A stretch of 64,000 bases of DNA from Clostridia bacterium (GTDB lineage: Bacteria > Bacillota > Clostridia > Oscillospirales > Acutalibacteraceae). The translations under genes were made by a program, and so were the position numbers. A model generated the notes under the pieces. That model was not told where the DNA came from, did no database searches, and saw only the letters and a list, made by a program, of their open reading frames with translations. Every line of letters begins with the position of its first letter. Within the stretch, counting starts at the first letter, position 1. Positions 25,124 through 33,434 of the stretch are shown here, piece after piece. Where the stretch lies: assembly GCA_017537195.1 (NCBI GenBank), contig JAFYLF010000045.1:951-64950 (forward strand), read 5' to 3'.

Positions 25124-26665
25124 CTATTCTACGGGTGTAAAAATATAAACCGAATCTTTTTCAACGCCTAATCTTTCAAGAGTGTCCTGTGAATAATTGT
25201 TGAAATCGTAATAAATAAGGTTTACAATAGCGAATTTTTTGTCTTTGGGGTCGATGTAGATATTTTCACGCATTTTTGGTAGGTGGTCATAAGAAATTTG
25301 GTCTCTTCTTTGGTCGCCCTCAAAGCCTGTAATTTCAATAGCAACCTGACCCGAGCGGTCAAATACGTTGTTTTCAAAAACGGTATCTATACAGTAGTTT
25401 TCGTGAACACCCATACGAATAAATTTTGCGGCGCCGTGCTTCTCACCAAAGCCTTTTTCGCACTTGCGGCAAATATTATAACCGAAGTAGGTGTTGTCAA
25501 AGCAAGGCTGACCCAAAACGTCGCTGTCTTGATTTTGAGTGTAGAAAAATTCAACACCGTATTCGCTGTATTCAATAAGGCAGTCGTTAACGCTAAAGTT
25601 TTTAAAATGAACGGGATGCGCTTCCCACCAGTTTGGATTTTCTTTGATATGACGGCTTGATTGCGCTGTTACGGCGCAGTCGTAATGCATCGTAAAGAAG
25701 CAATGTTCAAACTTCATATTGTCGCATCTGCTCCATGCGCCACCACCACCGCCGAAGCCGTAGCAACCGTTGTTTATATTGGCGTGTCCGCCGTAGTGAC
25801 CACCCATAAAAGCCAGAATACAATAGGTGAGTTCTATGTTTTTTGAAGAGTCGGTAAGGAAGTAGTCTTGACCGTAGCGTATATCAAGGTTGTGAACGTT
25901 AATATCGTGTTGGAAGTTGCGTATCGGGATAGTGCTGCCTTGACGTGAAAGTTCTATTTCTTCAAAAACTTCACTGGGGTTGCCTTTGCTACAGTAAAGG
26001 TATAGCTTATATTCGTTCTTTTCTTCATCTTTTAGGGTGTAAAAACCGCTGAAGAAAAAGTCGAGTTCATTTTGGAGGTCTGCTTTTTGCATTTTCTTTT
26101 TGGCGTATTCTTTACCGCCGTCAAACACAACAAGACCAATATCACGAGTGTCTAAAACCTTGTCAAACACCCAAACGTTAGGAATGTCGGTTTCTACCCA
26201 TTTTGCTTCTGTTTTGCCGTTGTAGGAATAGTAGATTTTAGGTTTTGGACCTTCGCCGTAGGGTTGGTAGGTAACACCATCTTGAAGCGGCAAATTACCG
26301 CGCCACAAGTCACCACGGCGAAGATATAGACCGTCTCCTTGTTGGAATTTAAACTCGGTGGCTTTTTGCAATGTTTTCCAAGCGGTTTCGGGCGTGAGAC
26401 CGTCCGCTTCATCATCACCATCGTTAGATAAATAATATTTTGTGCCGTATATACGAAGCTCACTTTCATCGTAAACTATCATATCGTAAAGGTCGTTACG
26501 CAATTTTTCGACATTATCCATAAATTCGAGTGTGGCATAGGTTTGGTTTCTGCCTTCGCCTAAAGCCTTAACACCCGCACGGTATTCTTTGGGGGTTATT
26601 AGTTTTTCGGGTTTTTTATAGGGGCTAAAGCCGTAGTAATCCTCTCTTTTATTCATTTGTGACAC
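25124..26665 (-). CDS. right-handed beta-helix-like protein (putative carbohydrate-active enzyme), cytoplasmic
   Basis: 513 aa. The N-terminal YYLSNDGDDEADGLTPETAWKTLQKA segment resembles the start of pectin-lyase-fold/DUF1565 proteins. Repeated short beta-strand-like segments with Asn/Gly/His. No signal peptide. Own TTGCAA/TACAAT promoter-like boxes at 26713-26718 and 26691-26696. Confidence 0.45.
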   Translation of the reverse strand: MSQMNKREDYYGFSPYKKPEKLITPKEYRAGVKALGEGRNQTYATLEFMDNVEKLRNDLYDMIVYDESELRIYGTKYYLSNDGDDEADGLTPETAWKTLQKATEFKFQQGDGLYLRRGDLWRGNLPLQDGVTYQPYGEGPKPKIYYSYNGKTEAKWVETDIPNVWVFDKVLDTRDIGLVVFDGGKEYAKKKMQKADLQNELDFFFSGFYTLKDEEKNEYKLYLYCSKGNPSEVFEEIELSRQGSTIPIRNFQHDINVHNLDIRYGQDYFLTDSSKNIELTYCILAFMGGHYGGHANINNGCYGFGGGGGAWSRCDNMKFEHCFFTMHYDCAVTAQSSRHIKENPNWWEAHPVHFKNFSVNDCLIEYSEYGVEFFYTQNQDSDVLGQPCFDNTYFGYNICRKCEKGFGEKHGAAKFIRMGVHENYCIDTVFENNVFDRSGQVAIEITGFEGDQRRDQISYDHLPKMRENIYIDPKDKKFAIVNLIYYDFNNYSQDTLERLGVEKDSVYIFTPVE

Positions 26666-26775
26666 TCCTTTAATAGAGTTATTTTGATTTATTGTACTTT
26701 ATTAAAAAATACATTGCAAGACAATTATTGAAAAAAACAGGACAAATGTTGTGCTGTTTTAGTTTTGTTATAAAT

Positions 26776-26811
26776 AACTCCCCATTTCTGTTTAAGGAGA
26801 AAAGGGGAGTT
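26776..26811 (-). terminator. terminator after capA-like gene
   Basis: AACTCCCC ... GGGGAGTT 8-bp GC-rich stem followed (minus strand) by ATTTAT. Confidence 0.5.
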
Positions 26812-26814
26812 AGA

Positions 26815-28128
26815 TTATTTAAAGGTTATTTCGCAACCTATGTTCTCTTGGCAATCGGTGAGACCTTTGCCCACGATAGCTTTTGTGCGACTGTATGATT
26901 CTTTTAATTTCGAAGCGTAATCGGGATATTTTGAGGAAATATTTTCGACATCTTCTATTGGATAAATTGTGTACTTATAACCATTATTCTGATATTTATG
27001 AACCCAAGTGGGAATTAAATCAATACTTTGGAGCGTAACTTCGCCTTTTGATTTTTTAAGGGTATAGCTGAACATAACACCGTCTTCGGTGTGTCCTTGT
27101 CTGGAATTGCTTATAAGCTCTCTTCGCTGGTTAGAAACCGCATTACCGAGAGAATAGATGCAAACAGCGGTGTTTTGACTGTCTTCGGAGTGGATAAGCT
27201 CCATTGGTTGCACAACATGGGGGTGACCGCCGATTATTATATCAACACCCAAATTACACAGTTCTTGTGCTATGGATTTTTGCCAGTTGTTAGCGGTAAG
27301 CTGATATTCTTCGCCCCAGTGCATATAAAAGGTTATAAACTCGGCACCGTCTCTTCTCATACTGTCGATAATACTTTGTGCTTCGGTGTAAAATTTATCA
27401 ATTCTTTGGTATGAGAAAGTGTTTATATAATCATTGGCTTCGGCTGAAATGGCACCGCCGTTTAAATATTTGCGGTTAGCATCGTCGCCGGGGGTTTCGT
27501 AAGTGAAATTTGCAATTCCTATTTTAATACCGTTTACATCTTTTACAAGGTATGCGGGTTCTTCTAAAGTTCCTTTTGTGCCTGTGTATTCAATGCCTTT
27601 TTCTTTTAATATTTGCGTAGTGCGCTTAAGACCGAAAAAGGAAGTATCGTAAGAGTGGTTGTTAGAGGTCATTAACATTCCGATACCGCTTGACTTAATC
27701 ACATCAGCCAATTGGTCGGGAGTATTAAATGACGGATAACCTCGGTATTTTCCTGATTCAGTACCGCCAAAGGTTAGTTCAAGATTACCAATTGTAAGAT
27801 CGGCGTCTTTAAAATAAGGAGAAACCTCTTTAAAAAATGCGGAAAAATCATATCCGTCGCTTGTTTTAGCACCGTCAATTTGTGTTTGGTGCGCCATAAT
27901 ATCACCGATGCTTAAAACTGTGGCATAGGTATCGGGAACAGGCTTGGGCTCTACTTTTGACTGCGTGCTTTGGTTGTTGGAAGTATTAGATTTATTATTG
28001 TCGGGTTTTGCAACCGAAGAAACAATAAAGCCTATAAGCGCTATAGCGCCAATGAGTACAACCGCGCAAAGACTTAAAAATATATTTCTTTTAATAATCG
28101 CTTTTTGACGTCTTGTTCTTTTTTTCAT
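26815..28128 (-). CDS. CapA family (PGA_cap metallophosphatase-like) membrane-anchored protein
   Basis: N-terminal TM anchor, then SIGDIMAHQ ... GNLE ... TSNNHSYD ... GGHPHVVQP, the typical CapA/metallophosphoesterase motifs. Confidence 0.75.
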   Translation of the reverse strand: MKKRTRRQKAIIKRNIFLSLCAVVLIGAIALIGFIVSSVAKPDNNKSNTSNNQSTQSKVEPKPVPDTYATVLSIGDIMAHQTQIDGAKTSDGYDFSAFFKEVSPYFKDADLTIGNLELTFGGTESGKYRGYPSFNTPDQLADVIKSSGIGMLMTSNNHSYDTSFFGLKRTTQILKEKGIEYTGTKGTLEEPAYLVKDVNGIKIGIANFTYETPGDDANRKYLNGGAISAEANDYINTFSYQRIDKFYTEAQSIIDSMRRDGAEFITFYMHWGEEYQLTANNWQKSIAQELCNLGVDIIIGGHPHVVQPMELIHSEDSQNTAVCIYSLGNAVSNQRRELISNSRQGHTEDGVMFSYTLKKSKGEVTLQSIDLIPTWVHKYQNNGYKYTIYPIEDVENISSKYPDYASKLKESYSRTKAIVGKGLTDCQENIGCEITFK

Positions 28129-28137
28129 AAAATTCTC

Positions 28138-28866
28138 CTAAAATAAGCAAAGTATAAGGGGAAGTAAAATTGCAGGTACGAAATTCATAACCTTGATTTT
28201 TGTGATTTTTAACATATTAAGCGCTAATGCTATGATTAAAAGAGAGCCTATAACCTGCATCTGCGCAATTATGTAATCGGTTAAAATAGGGGAAATAACA
28301 CCTGCCAAAAGGGTTAAACCGCCTTCTATTACAAGGGTTGAAAGTGATGCGAAAATAACGCCTATTCCCATACTTGAAGTCAGTGCCGCGGCGGCGACAC
28401 AGTCGATAACCGACTTTGAATAAAGGGTTGAGTTATCGCCCGAAATACCGCTGTCTATAGAGCCGACAATGGTCATAGCTCCCACGCAAAAAAGAAGTGT
28501 TGCGGCTACAAAGCCTTCGGCAATTTTGGTGTCCTCATTTTTTTTAGAAAACTTGTTTTCTATCCAAAGTCCTATATTGTTTACACGCTTGTCCAAATTA
28601 ATAAGTTCTCCCAAAAGTCCGCCCAAAGCAAAGCAAACAATCATCACAAGAATGTTTGCGCCATCTTCAAAAAGACCTGTAAGTCCGATATAAAGCACAC
28701 AAAAAGCCATACCTGTCATTAAAGCTTGTCTGATTTTTTCGGGAATACCTTTTTTGAATAAAAGCCCCAAAAGTGTGCCTAATATTACAAGAAAAAAGTT
28801 CACTACCGCACCGCTTGTGAGAATTTTTCCCACTGCGGTTTGGTTAAGTGTTTCGATAAATTCCAT
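28138..28866 (-). CDS. DUF554 family membrane protein (YdfK/YqgA-like)
   Basis: ATG at 28866 (MEFIETLNQTAVGKILTSGAVVNFFLVILGTLLGLLFKKGIPEKIRQ) follows GAGGTG. Resembles the DUF554 N-terminus. Confidence 0.65.
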   Translation of the reverse strand: MEFIETLNQTAVGKILTSGAVVNFFLVILGTLLGLLFKKGIPEKIRQALMTGMAFCVLYIGLTGLFEDGANILVMIVCFALGGLLGELINLDKRVNNIGLWIENKFSKKNEDTKIAEGFVAATLLFCVGAMTIVGSIDSGISGDNSTLYSKSVIDCVAAAALTSSMGIGVIFASLSTLVIEGGLTLLAGVISPILTDYIIAQMQVIGSLLIIALALNMLKITKIKVMNFVPAILLPLILCLF

Positions 28867-29011
28867 CAAAGTCACCTCTACCCATATATGATATACCAAA
28901 AAGGCTTAAAAATCAATACATATCTGTGGTTTTTGCTTGACGAAAACACTAAATATGGTATATAATGTAAAAGTATATTTATATATAAGTTATATTTAAG
29001 GAGCTTTTATA

Positions 29012-30994
29012 ATGGCAAAAGCTAAAGCGGAATACGGTAACGATAGTATTAAACAGCTTAAAGGTCCTGACCAGGTGCGTCTTCGCCCTGCGGTTATCTT
29101 TGGCTCTGACGGACTTGACGGCTGTCAGCATAGTGTATTCGAAATTATTTCAAACTCAATAGACGAAGCGCGTGAAGGCCACGGTAACAAAATAGTTATA
29201 ACAAAATATACCGATGGCTCAATAGAAGTGCAGGACTTTGGTCGAGGTGCGCCGGTTGACTATAATACAAAGGAAGAAGAGTATAACTATGTGCTCTTAT
29301 TTGAAAGTTTATATGCGGGCGGTAAGTATGATACCAATAACGGCGGTGATTATGAATATTCTATAGGCCTTAACGGTTTAGGTTTGGCATCTACCCAATT
29401 CTCTTCTGAATATATGGATGTTGAAATTAAGCGTGACGGTTATAAATATAATCTTCATTTTGAAAAGGGTTATAATATCGGCGGTCTTCAAAGGCAAGAA
29501 TATTCAGGCAGAGAAACGGGCACAAAAATCCGTTGGAAGCCCGATTTAGATGTTTTCACCGATATTGATATTCCCACCGATTATTTTGTTGACACCCTCA
29601 AAAGACAAGCCATTGTAAATGACGGACTAGTTTTCTTGTTCCGTGAACAGCAGGGAAGCCGTTTTATACAGCAGGAAATTTCTTATAAAAACGGTATTAC
29701 TGACTATGTAAATGAAATCGTCGGCGAAGACCGTATGGCAAATGTTCAGTTCTGGCAGACCGAGCGAAAGGGTAAAGACCGTGAGGACAAGCCCGAATAC
29801 AAGGTTAAAATCAATGTTGCTATGAGCTTTAGCAACAAAAATCCCTTAAAAGAATATTACCACAACTCAAGCTGGCTTGAGCATGGCGGTGTTCCCGAAA
29901 GGGCAACAAGAAATGCTTTCCTTGCTATGCTTGACAATTATATCAAGCAAACGGGCAAGTATAAGAATAACGAAAGTAAAATTACTTTTTCTGATATAGA
30001 AGAATGCTTGGTTATTGTTATTTCCTCATTCTCTACAATGACTTCTTACGAAAACCAGACAAAGAAGTCAATTACCAATAAGTTCATTTATGAAGCTATG
30101 GTTGACTTCTTGCGTCAGCAGTTGGAGGTTTACTTTATTGAAAACAAGGCTGAAGCTGATAAGATTGCTGACCAGGTGCTTATCAACAAGCGAAGCCGAG
30201 AACGAAGTGAAAAAGAGCGTATCAACATAAAGAAAACCTTGCAGTCTTCTAACTCTATGCTTGATCGAGTTGACAAGTTTGTTGACTGCCGTTCTAAAGA
30301 TGTTGAAGTGCGAGAACTCTTTATAGTGGAGGGTGACTCGGCTTTGGGTTCTTGCAAATTGGCAAGAAATGCTGAATTTCAGGCGATTATTCCCGTTCGA
30401 GGCAAGATTTTGAACTGCCTTAAAGCCGATTATGATAAGGTGTTCAAGAGTGAGATTATTACCAACCTTATTAAAGTACTCGGTTGCGGTGTTGAAGTAA
30501 AGTCCAAAGCGAACAAGGGACTTGCCACATTTGATTTGTCGGCGCTTCGTTGGAATAAGGTTATAATTTGTACAGATGCCTATGTTGACGGTTTCCAGAT
30601 AAGAACCCTTATTCTAACTATGATTTACCGCTTGATGCCAACCCTTATAAGCGAGGGTAAGGTTTATATAGCCGAAACTCCGCTTTATGAAATCGGCACA
30701 AAGGAAATGACCTATTTTGCTTATGATGAAAAGGAAAAAATCGAAATTTTAGAAAAAATCGGTGACAAGAAATATACACTTCAGCGTTCAAAGGGTCTTG
30801 GTGAAAACCAACCTGATATGATGAATATGACCACAATGAATCCTGAAAGTCGCCGTCTTATAAAGGTTATGCCACAGGATGCCGAGCGCACTTCGAGAAT
30901 GTTCGATTTGCTTTTAGGCGACGACTTACAAGGTAGAAAAGACTTTATCGCCGAAAATGGATATATGTATCTCGATGATGCAGACATTAGTTAA
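29012..30994 (+). CDS. parE: type IIA topoisomerase subunit B (ParE/GyrB family; probably topoisomerase IV)
   Basis: GHKL ATPase motifs (EIISNSIDEA, GLNGLGLAS), QTKKSITN, Toprim EGDSALGS and PVRGKILN, KGLGE tail. 660 aa. Not next to dnaA/recF. Followed by the A subunit. Confidence 0.8.
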   Translation: MAKAKAEYGNDSIKQLKGPDQVRLRPAVIFGSDGLDGCQHSVFEIISNSIDEAREGHGNKIVITKYTDGSIEVQDFGRGAPVDYNTKEEEYNYVLLFESLYAGGKYDTNNGGDYEYSIGLNGLGLASTQFSSEYMDVEIKRDGYKYNLHFEKGYNIGGLQRQEYSGRETGTKIRWKPDLDVFTDIDIPTDYFVDTLKRQAIVNDGLVFLFREQQGSRFIQQEISYKNGITDYVNEIVGEDRMANVQFWQTERKGKDREDKPEYKVKINVAMSFSNKNPLKEYYHNSSWLEHGGVPERATRNAFLAMLDNYIKQTGKYKNNESKITFSDIEECLVIVISSFSTMTSYENQTKKSITNKFIYEAMVDFLRQQLEVYFIENKAEADKIADQVLINKRSRERSEKERINIKKTLQSSNSMLDRVDKFVDCRSKDVEVRELFIVEGDSALGSCKLARNAEFQAIIPVRGKILNCLKADYDKVFKSEIITNLIKVLGCGVEVKSKANKGLATFDLSALRWNKVIICTDAYVDGFQIRTLILTMIYRLMPTLISEGKVYIAETPLYEIGTKEMTYFAYDEKEKIEILEKIGDKKYTLQRSKGLGENQPDMMNMTTMNPESRRLIKVMPQDAERTSRMFDLLLGDDLQGRKDFIAENGYMYLDDADIS

Positions 30995-31037
30995 TTCGTA
31001 ATTATATGATTTTTAATTATTTTACAAGGAGAGAAAT

Positions 31038-33275
31038 ATGGCTCCGAGAAAGAAAAAAGAGATAAAACAAGTAAAACCGCAGATAAATGCTTACATTGCG
31101 GGGGCGGGACTGACTGTCGAACAGCCCATAACCGAGACACTTGAAACCAACTATATGCCTTACGCTATGAGTGTTATCGTGTCCCGTGCTATCCCTGAAA
31201 TTGACGGCTTTAAGCCCTCGCATAGAAAATTGCTTTATACAATGTATAATATGGGGCTTTTGAACGGCAACACAATAAAATCGGCTAATATTGTCGGTAG
31301 AACAATGCAGCTTAACCCCCACGGCGATGCGGCTATTTATGAAACGATGGTCCGCTTGTCAGAAGGCTACAGCGCCCTTTTGCACCCTTATGTGCAGTCA
31401 AAGGGTTCGTTTGGTAAGGCCTATTCACGTGATATGGCTTACGCTGCTTCCCGTTATACCGAAGCTAAGCTTTCACCTATTGCGAGTGAACTTTTTACCG
31501 ATATTGATAAAGACACAGTTGATTTTGTTGATAACTATGACGCTACAATGAAAGAGCCGGTGCTGTTTCCTGTGACCTTCCCGTCGGTGCTTGTAAATGC
31601 AAATACAGGTATTGCGGTTGGTATGGCAAGCTCGATTTGTCCTTTTAATTTGCGTGAGGTGTGTGAAACTACCATCGCTTATATTAAGGACGACAGTATA
31701 AATGTTGCTGATACCCTTTTAGCGCCTGACTTCCCGATAGGTGGCAGGCTTCTTTACAACCGTGAAGATATTGAGAAGATTTACGAAACGGGCAGAGGCA
31801 GTTTCAAGGTTCGTGGCGTGTGGGAATATGATAAATCACAAAACTGTATCGATATTACCGAAATTCCGCCTACAACCACTTCGGAAGCAATTATCGAAAA
31901 GGTTATCGACCTTGTAAAGCAAAAAAAGATAACCGAAATTAACGATATCCGTGACGAAACCGACCTTAACGGTCTTAAAATCACTATAGATTTAAAGCGT
32001 GGCGCCGACCATGAAAAGCTTATGAAAAAGGTTGTTAAAATGACACCTTTGGAAGACAGTTTTTCCTGCAACTTTAATATTTTAATTGCAGGTTCTCCTC
32101 GTGTTATGGGTGTTAAAGAAATTATTAGCGAATGGGTGGCTTTCCGTGAGGAATGTGTCCGCCGCAGAGTTTATTATAAGCTCTCAAAAGCCAAAGACCG
32201 CTTACACCTTTTAAAAGGTCTTGAAAAAATACTTCTTGATATTGATAAGGCTATTAAAATTGTAAGAGAAACCGAACAAGAGTCGGAAGTTGTACCAAAC
32301 CTTATGATTGGCTTCGGTATTGACGAAACACAGGCGGAATACGTGGCAGAAATAAAACTTCGCCACTTGAACCGTGAATATATTTTAAAGCGCACAGCCG
32401 ATATTGAAAATCTTATAAATGAGATTGAAGATATGGAAGCGATTTTAAAATCCCGCTCCCGTGTTTCAAAAATTATTATTAAAGAGCTTGAAGAGGTTTC
32501 TAAAAAATATGGTAAAGACCGTCGCACTGAGATTATAAGTGCCGAAAATGAAACCGATGAAAAGGAAGAAATCGAGCTTGACACTTCGCCCGTAACCCTT
32601 TTCTTTACAAAGGACGGCTACTTTAAGAAGATTACACCGCAGTCACTTCGTATGAGCGGTGAGCAAAAGTTAAAAGACGGCGATGAAATTACCCAGATTA
32701 TTGAGTCTTCAAATGCGGTCGATTTGTTGTTCTTCTCAAATAGAGGACAGGTTTATAAATCGAAAACTGCCGAGTTTGCCGATTCTAAAGCGAGTGTTTT
32801 GGGTGACTATGTACCCTCAAAACTTGAGTTCGACGAAAACGAAAATGCAATTTATATGGTAGAAACCGCCGATTATTCGGGCAATATGGTATTTATCTTT
32901 GATAACGGCAGAATAGCAAGAGTTCCGCTTTCTTCTTATGTTACAAAGACCAACCGCAAAAAACTTATAAAAGCATACTGCGAAAAGTATACGCTTCATA
33001 CTGTGCTTTTTGTTAAGGAAGACTGTGACTTGCTGCTTAAATCTTCAAACGGCAGAATGTTAATTGTAAATACTGCTTCGATTCCCGCAAAGCCGACCAA
33101 AGATAACGGCGGTATTGCGGTTATGACACAGAAAAAAGGTCAGCGCATTAGCGAAGTAGATATTTATGAAAAAGGCACACTTGAGAGTGAGCACCGCTAT
33201 AGAACAAAAAATCTTCCTGCGGCAGGAAGTAAGAAACTAATGGGTACTGCATCTCAAGAAAAACTTGAATTATAG
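31038..33275 (+). CDS. parC: type IIA topoisomerase subunit A (ParC/GyrA family; probably topoisomerase IV)
   Basis: NYMPYAMSVIVSRAIPEIDGFKPSHRKLLY, NPHGDAAIYE, and active-site AASRYTEAKL (Tyr). 745 aa, shorter than a typical GyrA. Confidence 0.8.
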   Translation: MAPRKKKEIKQVKPQINAYIAGAGLTVEQPITETLETNYMPYAMSVIVSRAIPEIDGFKPSHRKLLYTMYNMGLLNGNTIKSANIVGRTMQLNPHGDAAIYETMVRLSEGYSALLHPYVQSKGSFGKAYSRDMAYAASRYTEAKLSPIASELFTDIDKDTVDFVDNYDATMKEPVLFPVTFPSVLVNANTGIAVGMASSICPFNLREVCETTIAYIKDDSINVADTLLAPDFPIGGRLLYNREDIEKIYETGRGSFKVRGVWEYDKSQNCIDITEIPPTTTSEAIIEKVIDLVKQKKITEINDIRDETDLNGLKITIDLKRGADHEKLMKKVVKMTPLEDSFSCNFNILIAGSPRVMGVKEIISEWVAFREECVRRRVYYKLSKAKDRLHLLKGLEKILLDIDKAIKIVRETEQESEVVPNLMIGFGIDETQAEYVAEIKLRHLNREYILKRTADIENLINEIEDMEAILKSRSRVSKIIIKELEEVSKKYGKDRRTEIISAENETDEKEEIELDTSPVTLFFTKDGYFKKITPQSLRMSGEQKLKDGDEITQIIESSNAVDLLFFSNRGQVYKSKTAEFADSKASVLGDYVPSKLEFDENENAIYMVETADYSGNMVFIFDNGRIARVPLSSYVTKTNRKKLIKAYCEKYTLHTVLFVKEDCDLLLKSSNGRMLIVNTASIPAKPTKDNGGIAVMTQKKGQRISEVDIYEKGTLESEHRYRTKNLPAAGSKKLMGTASQEKLEL

Positions 33276-33434
33276 AGTAGAGTGTGCTAAAATAAAAAAC
33301 CGCCCATCACTTTGGCGACGAGCGGTGTCGGTAATAAATGATTTTTACGCAAACGCTTTTTACCGACAGTTATATGGTATGAAAAATTTTCGAATTTATT
33401 AAAAGAATTATTTTCCAAATTAGGAGTGTAAAAA

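Noticed and set aside
31017-31322. 101-aa minus-strand ORF
   Set aside because: It is antisense to the 5' end of the ParC-like gene and spans the parE-parC junction. There is no independent support.
33276-33434. Possible T-box leader upstream of valS
   Set aside because: Only about 158 nt are available, and neither the AGAGA/specifier architecture nor the GGTGGTACCGCG T-box core is present. I see only the parC terminator-like stems and a promoter-like AT-rich region.
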